A DNA stretch of 37,260 nucleotides, taken from positions 1-37,260 of the forward strand of contig JAYUUN010000070.1 in NCBI GenBank assembly GCA_043754535.1, given 5' to 3'. The stretch's first letter is position 1. Each line of letters starts with the position of its first letter. The position numbers and the translations under genes are program-made. Below, piece after piece: positions 1 through 9,062 of the stretch. Source of the DNA: Chloroflexota bacterium (GTDB lineage: Bacteria; Chloroflexota; Chloroflexia; QHBQ01). The notes beneath the pieces are model-generated. The model saw nothing but the letters and a program-made list of their open reading frames with translations. It ran no database searches and was not told where the DNA came from.

Positions 1-70
1 CCCGAACGACAACATCCGTCGCGGTGAACTGAGCAAGGTAGTTCACCGAGCGATGATCACCAGCAACTAA
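1..70 (+). CDS. 3' end of an S-layer homology (SLH) domain protein (partial)
   Basis: The frame from base 2 reads PNDNIRRGELSKVVHRAMITSN* (TAA 68-70). This resembles the P..x.TRG(E/Q).SK C-terminal SLH motif, and a terminator follows. Confidence 0.65.
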   Translation, partial: PNDNIRRGELSKVVHRAMITSN

Positions 71-90
71 GCAACCAACCAGCAGCAACC

Positions 91-126
91 AGCAGCCCCG
101 CCAGCTTCGGCTAGCGGGGCTGCTTG
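91..126 (+). terminator. Intrinsic terminator-like hairpin
   Basis: AGCAGCCCCGCCAGC-TTCG-GCTAGCGGGGCTGCT: a long GC stem with a cUUCGg tetraloop just after the stop codon. Confidence 0.8.
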
Positions 127-130
127 CATA

Positions 131-159
131 TTGACTATCACCGCTTGATGGTGTATAAT
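131..159 (+). promoter_or_regulatory. Sigma-70-type promoter of the NAPRTase-like gene
   Basis: TTGACT (131-136), N17, TATAAT (154-159). AGGAG lies at 177-181, before the ATG at 189. Confidence 0.8.
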
Positions 160-188
160 TGACACTAACGGAGCATAGGAGCGGAACA

Positions 189-1550
189 ATGAGCATCTTT
201 GACGGCAAGCGGCTGCCCGTAGAAATCTTCAAGCTAGACATCGAGCGGATGCGGCGCGGCTGGTACTCGGACAAGTATTTTGACAACATCGTGGCCGTTC
301 TCAGCGCGCTGGCAGCCCAGGGCTACCGCTTCGGCGGCAGCAGCCCTGACCTCAGCGACCTGGGCCTGGACCTGGCGAACATTGATGTGGGCAACATCGA
401 GGTGGAGATGCAGTGGTTTACCCGCCGCGCCCCCTACAGCGTGGTAGTTGGCGTGGACAAGGCGGTGGCGATGCTGCGCGAATGCACGGGCTACTTTGAT
501 GAGGCGGGCGAGTTTGTCAACACCTTCGCCCAGCTTGAGCAGGTGCTGGCGGTGCAGGACGGGGTGAAGGCGTATTACGAAGGCGACCCGCGCAACGTGC
601 AGCCGGTGATCAAGGTGCGAGGCCGCTACCGCGACTTCGCCATCCTCGAAACGCCCACCCTCGGCGCACTGACGCGGGGTTCGCGCATTGCCACCAACGT
701 CTACAATACGATGAAGGCGGCGGGTGGCAAGCAGGTGCTGTTCTTCCCTGCCCGCTTCGACGCACATGAGGTGCAGGCTGCCGACGGCTACGCCTACCAC
801 ATCGCGGTTGAACTCTACAACCACAATGGCGGCGGTGTCCTCAACTCGTCAGTCTCCACCGACGCGCAGGGCGACTGGTGGGGGGGGGCTGGGGGCGGCA
901 CTATCGCCCATGCCGCCATTGCCTGCTTCCTCGGCGACACACCAGAGACGGTGATGGCCTTCTCAGCAGTGCGCCCAGCCAATATCCCGCGCATCGCGCT
1001 GGTAGACTTCAACAACGACTGCGTAGGCACTTCAGTGGCGGTGATGCAGCGTATGTTCTTCAAGTACAAGGAGCTGATGGAGCAGGGTGAGGAAGCGGAG
1101 GCGCAGAAGTATATCCTCGCTGGGGTGCGACCCGACACTGGCGGCAGTATGCGCGACGTGAGCGTGGCACCACTGGGCGACAAGCAGCTGGACATGGGGG
1201 TGAACCCGCGCCTGGTCTTTGCTATGCGGCAGGCGATTGACAACGCCTGGCAGGGCTGGGAACTGGCGGGCCAGTGGCAGTTGCGGGCGCAGCAGTGGTG
1301 TCAGAACGTCAAGATCGTGGTCACTGGTGGCTTCACGCCAGAGAAGATCAAGCACTTCGAGTCGCTCCAGGTGCCAGCCGACATCTATGGGGTGGGTAGC
1401 AGCCTGCTCAACAACTGCGACGACAACAACACCAACAACGACTACACCTCGGATATTGTACGGGTCAAGATTGCGGGGCAGTGGTATGACCTGGCGAAGG
1501 TGGGCCGCCACGCTTGCGACAACCCACTATTGGAAGAAGTGCGCGGCTAA
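189..1550 (+). CDS. Nicotinate phosphoribosyltransferase-family protein
   Basis: Type II PRTase motifs YSDKYF, FPARFD...DGYA, GTIAHA, ALVDFNND, GVRPDT, IVVTGGF and DIYGVGS. Start moved to ATG 189, which has an RBS; TTG 159 overlaps the -10 box. Confidence 0.8.
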   Translation: MSIFDGKRLPVEIFKLDIERMRRGWYSDKYFDNIVAVLSALAAQGYRFGGSSPDLSDLGLDLANIDVGNIEVEMQWFTRRAPYSVVVGVDKAVAMLRECTGYFDEAGEFVNTFAQLEQVLAVQDGVKAYYEGDPRNVQPVIKVRGRYRDFAILETPTLGALTRGSRIATNVYNTMKAAGGKQVLFFPARFDAHEVQAADGYAYHIAVELYNHNGGGVLNSSVSTDAQGDWWGGAGGGTIAHAAIACFLGDTPETVMAFSAVRPANIPRIALVDFNNDCVGTSVAVMQRMFFKYKELMEQGEEAEAQKYILAGVRPDTGGSMRDVSVAPLGDKQLDMGVNPRLVFAMRQAIDNAWQGWELAGQWQLRAQQWCQNVKIVVTGGFTPEKIKHFESLQVPADIYGVGSSLLNNCDDNNTNNDYTSDIVRVKIAGQWYDLAKVGRHACDNPLLEEVRG

Positions 1551-2069
1551 CCTATCGTCAATACCGACCGTCTCGATCAAGGCCTTGTTTACGCCCACCA
1601 CCCCCGCCTGAAAGCTGATCGCGGGGTTGGCGAAGAAGGCGATCTGGGTGTCGGTCAGCGGCATGAAGTGGCTACCGGGCAGGTCGATGAGCATATCACG
1701 GGTGTGAACGCCTACCGTGTTAAAGTGGGCGTTGCCGCGCAACTCGAAGCCCTGCATGGCGACGTAGAGGCAAAGCTGCTTCTTGGCAACATAGGAGTAG
1801 AGCCGCTTGCGTGGGGCGGTGCCAACCTCGTCGTGGGGCAGCACAAAGAGAACACCATTCTTGTTGACGCGCAGCATACTAACCTGCGTCACCTGGCTGA
1901 GCGGGCCACGCAGGCTGATCATGCTGACCTCGTGCAGCAAGAGGAAGGACTGCCCGGCGTTGTTGAGGATGTCTAGCAGGCGCAACTCGCGGGCCGCCAT
2001 ATAGCCGGTGATCCGCTGGTCGGCAGTAAACACCTCGACCGGCATCTTGTGTTCCTGTTGAGAGTACAT
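1527..2069 (-). CDS. Hypothetical protein, DUF6812-like, with an internal two-fold repeat
   Basis: Two similar halves (VEVFT..RITG...F.LL...VNK / LYVAM..ELRG...F.PL...VNK). A TATAAT lies upstream at 2130-2135 (minus). The gene overlaps the convergent gene by 24 nt. Confidence 0.6.
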   Translation of the reverse strand: MYSQQEHKMPVEVFTADQRITGYMAARELRLLDILNNAGQSFLLLHEVSMISLRGPLSQVTQVSMLRVNKNGVLFVLPHDEVGTAPRKRLYSYVAKKQLCLYVAMQGFELRGNAHFNTVGVHTRDMLIDLPGSHFMPLTDTQIAFFANPAISFQAGVVGVNKALIETVGIDDRLAAHFFQ

Positions 2070-2225
2070 TAAACCCCATCCCTGGATGACAGATTAGTTC
2101 GCGGCTAGCCAATCAAACATAATGAGACTATTATAAGCTACTTTTACCCCGCCGCGCAATAGCTGCTGCCACATCTGTGCAACAGCGTAGTAGATGAGGC
2201 AAGGTAGCGGTAAGGTCTGGCGCGG

Positions 2226-3536
2226 CTAGCTGATCACCCCATTGGAGAGCGGCGGCGGGGTGACTGGCTCTGGGCCGAACTGGTAGGCTGCTTGCAAGGC
2301 CGGGCTGACGGCAGCAGCGGCTTGCTCGTTGGCAGCGTGGATGGTTAGCAAGGGGTCGCCAGCAGCTACCCAATCGCCTACTTTCTTGTGTAGTACAAAG
2401 CCGACGCGGTGATCGATCTCTGCGCCCTTGACCAGGCGGCCTGCGCCGAGGCTGACCGAGGCGTGGCCGAGGGCTTCAGCATCCACCGCCACCAGGTAGC
2501 CGCCCATGCTGGCGATCAGCGGCTGCTGCACGGGGGCGGCTGGGAAGCGGCTGGGGTCGTCGATATAGCCAACGTCGCCGCCCTGGTTGGCGACCATCGC
2601 CCGTAGCTTCGCCAGGGCTGCCCCACTGTGGCGGGCCTCGTCCAGCATCGCTTCTGCGGCTCCAGCCTCCGCCGCCAGCCCCGCCAGGAGCAGCAACTCG
2701 CGGCCCAGTTCGCGGCTCACCTGCCAGAGGTCGTCCGGCCCACCGCCGCGCAGGGTTGCAATCGCCTCCTGCACCTCCAGCCCGTTGCCGACTGCATAGC
2801 CGAGCGGCTGCTCCATGCCGCTAAGGACGGCCCGCACGGGCAAGCCCACCTGCCTGCCGATCTCGACCATGGTGGTTGCCAGGGCGCGGGCGGCGGTCAG
2901 GTCTTTCATGAACGCGCCGCGCCCGTACTTCACGTCTAGCACGCAGCCGCTTGCGCCAGCCGCAATCTTCTTGGACATGATGCTGCTGGCGATCAGCGGT
3001 AGCGACTCGACCGTACCCGTCACGTCGCGCAAGGCGTAGAGCTTGCCGTCGGCGGGGGCGAGATCGGGGGATTGGGCGACGACGACGAGGCCGACTTCGC
3101 GCACCGAGCGGATGAACTCGCCCTGGCTGAGACTAACCTTGAAGCCGGGGATCGCTTCCAGCTTGTCAATCGTGCCACCGCTGAAGCCGAGACCGCGCCC
3201 GCTCATCTTGCCAATCGGCAGGCCCGCCGCCGCCACCGCTGGGGCGACCACGAGGGTGGTTTTGTCGCCCACGCCACCAGTGCTGTGCTTGTCGCCGACG
3301 AAGGGCAGGCCTGTCGCCTGGGCTAGGTTGAGGTGCGCGCCGCTGCGAACCATCTCCAGGGTCAAGGCGGCGGTTTCCTCGGCCAGCATCCCCCGCCAAC
3401 AAATCGCCATCAACCAGGCCGCGATCTGGTAGTCGGGGATTTCACCCCGCGTGTAGCCCTGCACCATGAAGGCGATCTCGCTCTGGTCGAGGGTGCGCCC
3501 GTTGCGCTTGGCAAGGATTATCTCAACCGCTCTCAT
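2226..3536 (-). CDS. pdp: Pyrimidine-nucleoside (thymidine) phosphorylase
   Basis: DKHSTGGVGDKTT, KMSGRGLGFSGGTIDKLEAIPG, LYALRDVTGTV and SSIMSKKIAAG. ATGA overlap with alr. Confidence 0.95.
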   Translation of the reverse strand: MRAVEIILAKRNGRTLDQSEIAFMVQGYTRGEIPDYQIAAWLMAICWRGMLAEETAALTLEMVRSGAHLNLAQATGLPFVGDKHSTGGVGDKTTLVVAPAVAAAGLPIGKMSGRGLGFSGGTIDKLEAIPGFKVSLSQGEFIRSVREVGLVVVAQSPDLAPADGKLYALRDVTGTVESLPLIASSIMSKKIAAGASGCVLDVKYGRGAFMKDLTAARALATTMVEIGRQVGLPVRAVLSGMEQPLGYAVGNGLEVQEAIATLRGGGPDDLWQVSRELGRELLLLAGLAAEAGAAEAMLDEARHSGAALAKLRAMVANQGGDVGYIDDPSRFPAAPVQQPLIASMGGYLVAVDAEALGHASVSLGAGRLVKGAEIDHRVGFVLHKKVGDWVAAGDPLLTIHAANEQAAAAVSPALQAAYQFGPEPVTPPPLSNGVIS

Positions 3537-4864
3537 CTCGTCTCCTCTGGGCCAGCCGCTGCGGGGCTGGCGGCTTGCAGTTCGGCTAGCAGTGCTGTGG
3601 AGAAGCCCTCGTCGTCGCTCGGTGGCGGCGGGGCCGGGGTCGCCCCTGGCAACGACTCGTTGACGCTCAAATCCTCGCGGCCCAGCAGGGTGGTGGCGTT
3701 GAGCAGGGTGCCGCCCCGATAGTAGAGGCGGGGGACGCGGGGAGCAAGGCCCGCACTGACCTCATAGCTGATCGTGCCACTGGCCTCGGCTAGCTCGTCG
3801 ATGCTGATCGCCGCCCCCGCCTGTTCGCCAATCAGCACCACTTCGTCCCCCTCAGCCACGCCCGGCACGTTGGTCACATCTACCACGATGTTGTCCATAC
3901 TAACCCGCCCGATCAGTGGCGCACGCCGCCCCCGCACCAGCACCGACCCGCGATTGCTCAGGCTACGACGGTAGCCGTCGGCATAGCCGAGCGGGATTGT
4001 GGCGGCCAGGGTGGGGCGGTTGGCCCGCCAGGTGCGATTGTAGCCCACGCTATCGCCCGGCTCTACCTCGCCCAGGCGAGCGACCACGCTCCGCAGGGTG
4101 AGGACGGGTTGCAGGTGCAGCGAACTGATCGTGCGCGTTGCAGGGCTGGGGTAGATGCCGTGTAGGGCCAGGCCGACGCGTACCAGGCTCAGGTGGCTGC
4201 TTGGCACCGTCAGGGTGGCGGCAGAGTTGGCCGCGTGGTAGTAGGCGAAGCGGTGGCCCTGGGCGGTCAGCTTGTCGCGCATAGCCAGGAAGCGTTCAAG
4301 CTGGGTGAGGACAAAGCTGTGGTCGGCTTCGTCCGCGCTGGCGAAGTGGGTGTACAGCCCCTCAAGGTGGAGATTGCGTAGCTCAGTGCAAGCCCGCACC
4401 AGGTCCTCCAACTCGGCTGCGGGCCTACCATAGCGCACCAGGCCGCTGTCCAGCTTGAGGTGGACGGGGGCAGTGGCACGGCACTGGAAGGCGATGTTGT
4501 TGAGAGCGTGGGCGAGGGGCAGGCTGTTGACGGTGATGGTCAGGTGGTGGGCAATCACCGCCCCCGCCTCCGATGGCTGGGCGTAGCCGAGGACGAAGAT
4601 CGGCTGGACGAACCCGGCGCGGCGCAATTGCACCCCCTCATCCACGCAGGCGACCCCCAGCCAGCCAGCCCCGCTATCCAGCGCAGTACCAGCGACCGTG
4701 ATTGCGCCCAGGCCATAGGCGTTGGCCTTGACCACCGCCATCACCTCGACGCTCTCGCCCACCCAGGCCTTGATCGCCCGCACGTTGGCTGCCAGTGCGT
4801 CCAGGTTGACCTCGGCATGGGTAGCGCGCCCGGCCCACTTGCGGTTTGCTTGGTTGCTGCTCAT
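3533..4864 (-). CDS. alr: Alanine racemase
   Basis: AVVKANAYG (PLP lysine), HLKLDSG, THFASAD, HAANSAA, GYADG and GRVSMD, with a Pro/acidic C-terminal extension. Confidence 0.95.
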   Translation of the reverse strand: MSSNQANRKWAGRATHAEVNLDALAANVRAIKAWVGESVEVMAVVKANAYGLGAITVAGTALDSGAGWLGVACVDEGVQLRRAGFVQPIFVLGYAQPSEAGAVIAHHLTITVNSLPLAHALNNIAFQCRATAPVHLKLDSGLVRYGRPAAELEDLVRACTELRNLHLEGLYTHFASADEADHSFVLTQLERFLAMRDKLTAQGHRFAYYHAANSAATLTVPSSHLSLVRVGLALHGIYPSPATRTISSLHLQPVLTLRSVVARLGEVEPGDSVGYNRTWRANRPTLAATIPLGYADGYRRSLSNRGSVLVRGRRAPLIGRVSMDNIVVDVTNVPGVAEGDEVVLIGEQAGAAISIDELAEASGTISYEVSAGLAPRVPRLYYRGGTLLNATTLLGREDLSVNESLPGATPAPPPPSDDEGFSTALLAELQAASPAAAGPEETR

Positions 4865-4893
4865 GGTAATCGCCTCTGCTCCAACACTTGAGC

Positions 4894-5895
4894 CTACAGC
4901 ACCGCGCCGAGGTAGGGGAGCAGGTCGCTGGCGAGCAGCCCCCGCTGGTGGCGCAGGTTGAGGGCGTGGGCGGCCAACTCTGCGGCGGCGGCGTGGGCGT
5001 AGACGGCCACCGCTGCCGCTTCGTGTGCGCCCATACCCTGGGTCAGCAAGCCCGCAATGATGCCCGCTAGCACATCGCCCGTGCCACCACTGGCTAGCAA
5101 CGGGCTGGCATAGTCACTGCGGTGGCCGCGCAGCTTGCTACCCTGCGGGCTAACGACGAGGGTATTCGCCCCCTTCAGCACTACAGTGCAGCCGAACTTC
5201 GCCACCGCCGCCAGGGCGTGGCCTGCACGGTCGCTCTGGATCGCCTCAGCGGTCAGGTCGCCACCGAGCAGGCGGGCGAGTTCGCCAGGGTGGGGGGTGA
5301 TCACCGTGTCAGCGGGCAGGTTGTGCCACCACTCCCCCTCGAAGGCAGCCAGGGCGTTGAGCGCATCTGCGTCAAGGACGAGGCGGCTGGGCAGCTTGCT
5401 CTCCTTCGCCTCCTCCTCCTTCGCTTCAGCGGCGTGGCGGCTGCCAAAGCCAATGGGGGTGCTAGGCCGCGCCTTGCCAACCTCGCGCCGCACCCCCAGC
5501 AAGTTGTAGACAAACTGCTGCGTCTCTTTGTCGTCGCCCAGGCCAGGGCCGACCAGCAGAGCGGCATACTCGCGTTCGGCCATCGCCTTCGTCAGCGACT
5601 CGCTAGCGCGGCTGGCGATCACCCCCTGGTTGGTCGGCAAGGGCAGGAAGGTAGCCTCGGTCAGCTTGATTTGAAAGAGGGTGAGCAGGTCGCCGGGGGC
5701 CGCCAGGGTCGCCAAGCCTACGCCAGAACGCAGAGCTGCGCTAGTCGCCAGGTAAGCCGCCCCAGTGTAGTTGATGCTGCCCGCAACGATCAGGCAGCGG
5801 CCAAACGTCCCCTTGTTCGCGTCTACCGCCCGTTGTGGTAGCAGGCTCTCTACCAGTTCGCTCGTGATCGGTTGCCAGGTGATATTGTTTGCCAT
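4894..5895 (-). CDS. nnrD: ADP-dependent NAD(P)H-hydrate dehydratase (YjeF C-terminal domain)
   Basis: NKGTFG, AGS..YTGAA, VGPGLG, VLDADALN, ITPHPGE, VVLKGA and ASGGTGDVLAG. Confidence 0.93.
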   Translation of the reverse strand: MANNITWQPITSELVESLLPQRAVDANKGTFGRCLIVAGSINYTGAAYLATSAALRSGVGLATLAAPGDLLTLFQIKLTEATFLPLPTNQGVIASRASESLTKAMAEREYAALLVGPGLGDDKETQQFVYNLLGVRREVGKARPSTPIGFGSRHAAEAKEEEAKESKLPSRLVLDADALNALAAFEGEWWHNLPADTVITPHPGELARLLGGDLTAEAIQSDRAGHALAAVAKFGCTVVLKGANTLVVSPQGSKLRGHRSDYASPLLASGGTGDVLAGIIAGLLTQGMGAHEAAAVAVYAHAAAAELAAHALNLRHQRGLLASDLLPYLGAVL

Positions 5896-5973
5896 AGCTG
5901 TCTGTTTGCTCTCCCTTTCGCACTGCGTTCTGGCCCGCGGCCAATCCTCTGACTAGATATGTAGACTAATGAG

Positions 5974-6681
5974 CTAGAGGCCCACCCCCACCTCGCTGAA
6001 GCCGATGTCGCTGACCATGATCTCGCCCGCTGCTGCCTTGCCCGCCCCTTGCAAGAGGCCCGGCTTGGCGTAGGCGAAGGTGCAGGTGAGGTCGGCCCGC
6101 ACGTAGTTCTCGCTCAAGGCCACCCCAGTGTCTGCATCAATGCCGGTCGGGATGTCCACCGCCACCACCTTCAGCGTAGGCTGATTGGCCTGCACCATCC
6201 GCAGAGCTTGCAAGATCGCTTCCAGGTCAGCGGGGAACGGCCCGCGTTGACCCGCGCCAAAGAGCGCGTCTACAACAATATCTGCGTGTTGCATCAAAAG
6301 GTGGATAGCTTCAAAACTGTCTGCGTCGCCCGACACATGGTACAGAGTCGAATCCACCCCTGCCTCGTCAAGCCCTCGCTGCGGCCAGTCACTTTCAGCT
6401 TCTGGGAGGTGCTGCCGTTCCCAGATGTACACCACCACCAGAGCTTGCGGCAGAAGCCGCTTGAGGGCAGCCGCACAGACCAAACCATCCCCACCATTGT
6501 TGCCCGGCCCAATCAAGAAGACCACTCGGTTTTCACGATCAGGTTTAAGGCTGTTCAGCATGGTCAGCACCCGCTGCCCGCAAGCCGCCCCCGCCCGCCG
6601 CATCATCTCGGCGTAGGGCAGCCCCTTCGCGTTGGCTTCCGCCTCAAGCGCACGCATCTGCGCGACCGTCACTGTTTGCAT
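5974..6681 (-). CDS. nnrE: NAD(P)H-hydrate epimerase (YjeF N-terminal domain)
   Basis: GPGNNGGDG, IVVDALFGAG, VAVDIPTG, ADLT.TF..AKPG and DIG. Confidence 0.92.
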   Translation of the reverse strand: MQTVTVAQMRALEAEANAKGLPYAEMMRRAGAACGQRVLTMLNSLKPDRENRVVFLIGPGNNGGDGLVCAAALKRLLPQALVVVYIWERQHLPEAESDWPQRGLDEAGVDSTLYHVSGDADSFEAIHLLMQHADIVVDALFGAGQRGPFPADLEAILQALRMVQANQPTLKVVAVDIPTGIDADTGVALSENYVRADLTCTFAYAKPGLLQGAGKAAAGEIMVSDIGFSEVGVGL

Positions 6682-6685
6682 CTGC

Positions 6686-7147
6686 TTACCCCTTCATGCC
6701 CCACCGCCGCTGGATCGTGCCAGGGGCTAGCGTCTCAGAGCGGATACTGCCGGGGGCTGCCACTTCGAGGTCAACTGCCTTTGGCGCAGCGAGCTTGACG
6801 CGGATGCCGCCGGGAGCGACCACCTGCACGCCGACCGCGAACGGGGCGGCCACCTGCACGCCAACCCCACCAGGGGCGATCACTTGCAGGGCGAGAGTGC
6901 AAGGGGCGAGGAACTGCACGCCGACTGCGCCCGGAGCGACCGCCTGCACCGCCAGCGTGCCAGGGGCAAGCGCACTCATGCCCACGCTGCCAGGGGCGAC
7001 CGCCTGTGCGCCGATGCTGAGGGGGGTTAGCGCGAGCAGGCCCGCCGCGCCCGGCGCAATCGCCTGCGCGTTGGCACTGAGCGGGTCGCTGCTAATATGC
7101 CCAGCCCCGGTAGGCGGGATCGCCTGGGCCATTGCGTGCCTGGTCAT
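6686..7147 (-). CDS. Hypothetical hydrophobic decapeptide-repeat protein
   Basis: Strong RBS AAGGAGGT 7 nt before ATG 7147 (alternative GTG 7150). The ORF fills the gap between acpS and nnrE and contains 14 tandem 10-aa units with Pro at a fixed position. Confidence 0.75.
   Translation of the reverse strand: MTRHAMAQAIPPTGAGHISSDPLSANAQAIAPGAAGLLALTPLSIGAQAVAPGSVGMSALAPGTLAVQAVAPGAVGVQFLAPCTLALQVIAPGGVGVQVAAPFAVGVQVVAPGGIRVKLAAPKAVDLEVAAPGSIRSETLAPGTIQRRWGMKG
6704..7123 (-). repeat. Degenerate 30-bp coding tandem repeat (14 units)
   Basis: Units such as AVAPGSVGMS, ALAPGTLAVQ, AVAPGAVGVQ, VIAPGGVGVQ and VAAPGSIRSE. On the + strand, CTGCACG-like words recur at a 30-nt period. Confidence 0.8.
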
Positions 7148-7166
7148 CACTTCTACCTCCTTAATG

Positions 7167-7688
7167 CTAGTCAGTTGCCACGTACTGGCCGCCTTCGCCG
7201 CTGCTGGCGACCACGAAGACGACCCCGATGGTATGCTCGTGGGTCATGCTGATCGCCCAGCGGGTCAGGTTGATCGCCTGCGCCCGCGCCGCTGCTTCAC
7301 CGTGCAGGAAGACCATCGGCCTGCCACGGCGGTCGATCAAGATTTCGATCTGCTGCCAGCGGATGCCGACGATGCCAGTGCCGAGGGCTTTGGAGACAGC
7401 CTCCTTTGCGGCAAAGCGCACCGCCAGTTCTGGCACCCGCCCACGACAGAACTGCTGCTCGGCGGCGGTGTAGACGCGATCCAGGAACTTCTGGCCCCAG
7501 CGTTCTAGCACGCCCGCGATGCGTGGTATCTCGATGATGTCCACGCCCGCTTGCAGGTTGTTCGCTACGAAAGCGTCGGGGTCTACCCCCTTAGCGATGA
7601 AGGGCGGCCAGACGAAAGCCGGGTCGTCGAAGGCAGCACGGCTGGGCGGCAACGGCGGGCGGTCTGGCGGGGGCTGCTGGTCAGTCAC
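7167..7688 (-). CDS. acpS: Holo-[acyl-carrier-protein] synthase with a Pro-rich N-terminal extension
   Basis: GVDIIEIPRI, FLDRVYT..E, RFAAKEAVSKALGTG, GRP and ISMTH. The GTG start has a GGAGG RBS. Confidence 0.92.
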   Translation of the reverse strand: MTDQQPPPDRPPLPPSRAAFDDPAFVWPPFIAKGVDPDAFVANNLQAGVDIIEIPRIAGVLERWGQKFLDRVYTAAEQQFCRGRVPELAVRFAAKEAVSKALGTGIVGIRWQQIEILIDRRGRPMVFLHGEAAARAQAINLTRWAISMTHEHTIGVVFVVASSGEGGQYVATD

Positions 7689-7715
7689 GATTTTGCTCCT
7701 CCGTGCCTGCGCTGC

Positions 7716-9017
7716 TCACTGGCGGCCCACGCTGCTGTAGGTGAAGCCCGCAGCGCGCACGTCGGCGGGGTCGTAGAGGTTGCGCCCATCCACGATCAAG
7801 GGCTGGCGCATCGTCTGCTTGAGGCGGGCCATGTCCAGTTGCTTGAACTCGTTCCATTCGGTGACCAGCAGCACCGCGTCAGCCCCGCTTGCCGCCTCGT
7901 AAGCGTCGCTGCACAGCTTGAGGCCAGGCAGCAGCTTGCTGGCAAGCTCCATTGCGATTGGGTCGTAGGCGCGCACCTCTGCGCCTGCTGCTTGCAGGGC
8001 AGCGATGATATCCAGCGAGGGGGCTTCGCGCATATCGTCGGTGTTGGGCTTGAAGGCTAGCCCCCAGACTGCCACTACCTTGCCGCGCAGGTCGCCGCCC
8101 AGCATCCGTGTTACCTTCTGCACGAACCAACTTCTCATGTTCTGGTTGACGAGCAGGATCGAGTCGAGCATCCCGCCCGGCACCTTCGCATCCTTCGCCA
8201 CCATCGCCAGCGACTTGACATCCTTGGGGAAGCAGGAGCCGCCAAAGCCAATACCAGCGTTGAGGAAGTCGGGGCCAATCCGCTTGTCCGCGCCCATGCC
8301 GAGGGCAACCGAGCGCACGTCGGCACCGAGCAGGTCGCAGATCATCGCTACCTCGTTCATGAAGGAGATGCGGGCGGCCAGCATCGAGTTGGAGGCGTAC
8401 TTGATCATCTCCGCCGTCGGCAGGTCGGTGATCACCACGCGCGCGTTCAGCGGCTCGTAGAGGGTGGCTACCTTGTCGGCGGCGGGGCGGTCGGTTGAGC
8501 CGATCACGATGCGATCAGGGTTGAAGAAGTCGAAGATCGCCTGGCCCTCGCGCAGGAACTCTGGGTTGGAGGCGACGGCGTAGGTTGCGCCGTTCGTGGT
8601 ATTGCGGGCGATGATCTGGTGTACGTCGCCGCCGGTGCCGATTGGCACTGTACTTTTGTTGACCACCACGGTGTGGCCGCGCAGGTGGGGGCCGATGCTA
8701 GCGGCGGCCTGATGCACGTAGCGCATATCGGTGCGGCCATCTGGCCCCTCTGGGGTGCCGACAGCGATGAACACGAAGTCGGCATCCGGCACACCCTCGG
8801 CATAATCGAGGGTAAAGCGGATGCGCCCGGCCTTGAGGTTACGTTGCAGCATCTCCTCCAACCCCGGCTCGTAGATCGGGGTCTCGCCGCGCCGCAGCAT
8901 CGCCACCTTCTCTGGGATCACGTCCACACAGGTCACCTGGTTGCCGAGGTCGGCGAAGCAGGTGCCAGTGGTCAGGCCAACATAGCCGGTGCCGATTACG
9001 CAAATCTTACTCAACAC
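7716..9017 (-). CDS. ugd: UDP-glucose 6-dehydrogenase
   Basis: IGTGYVG, IAVGTP, NKSTVP, NPEFLREG, KYASN, GFGGSCFPKD and GLAFKPNTDDMRE. Confidence 0.93.
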   Translation of the reverse strand: MLSKICVIGTGYVGLTTGTCFADLGNQVTCVDVIPEKVAMLRRGETPIYEPGLEEMLQRNLKAGRIRFTLDYAEGVPDADFVFIAVGTPEGPDGRTDMRYVHQAAASIGPHLRGHTVVVNKSTVPIGTGGDVHQIIARNTTNGATYAVASNPEFLREGQAIFDFFNPDRIVIGSTDRPAADKVATLYEPLNARVVITDLPTAEMIKYASNSMLAARISFMNEVAMICDLLGADVRSVALGMGADKRIGPDFLNAGIGFGGSCFPKDVKSLAMVAKDAKVPGGMLDSILLVNQNMRSWFVQKVTRMLGGDLRGKVVAVWGLAFKPNTDDMREAPSLDIIAALQAAGAEVRAYDPIAMELASKLLPGLKLCSDAYEAASGADAVLLVTEWNEFKQLDMARLKQTMRQPLIVDGRNLYDPADVRAAGFTYSSVGRQ

Positions 9018-9062
9018 ACTTTCTCCTTAAACTTGGAACTTTGGCGGCGGAGGCTCTGGCCC

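Noticed and set aside
5896..5973. Amber readthrough fusing nnrE and nnrD
   Set aside because: A second in-frame TAG lies in the spacer, and nnrD has its own RBS.
6704..7123. 30-bp periodicity as a CRISPR array
   Set aside because: The units are contiguous, degenerate and codon-phased, with no spacers and no cas genes.
6696..7508. Plus-strand 270-aa ORF with Cys/Thr/Pro repeats (PGATTCTPT)
   Set aside because: It is the mirror of the decapeptide gene and acpS. The minus-strand ORF has the RBS and the operon context.
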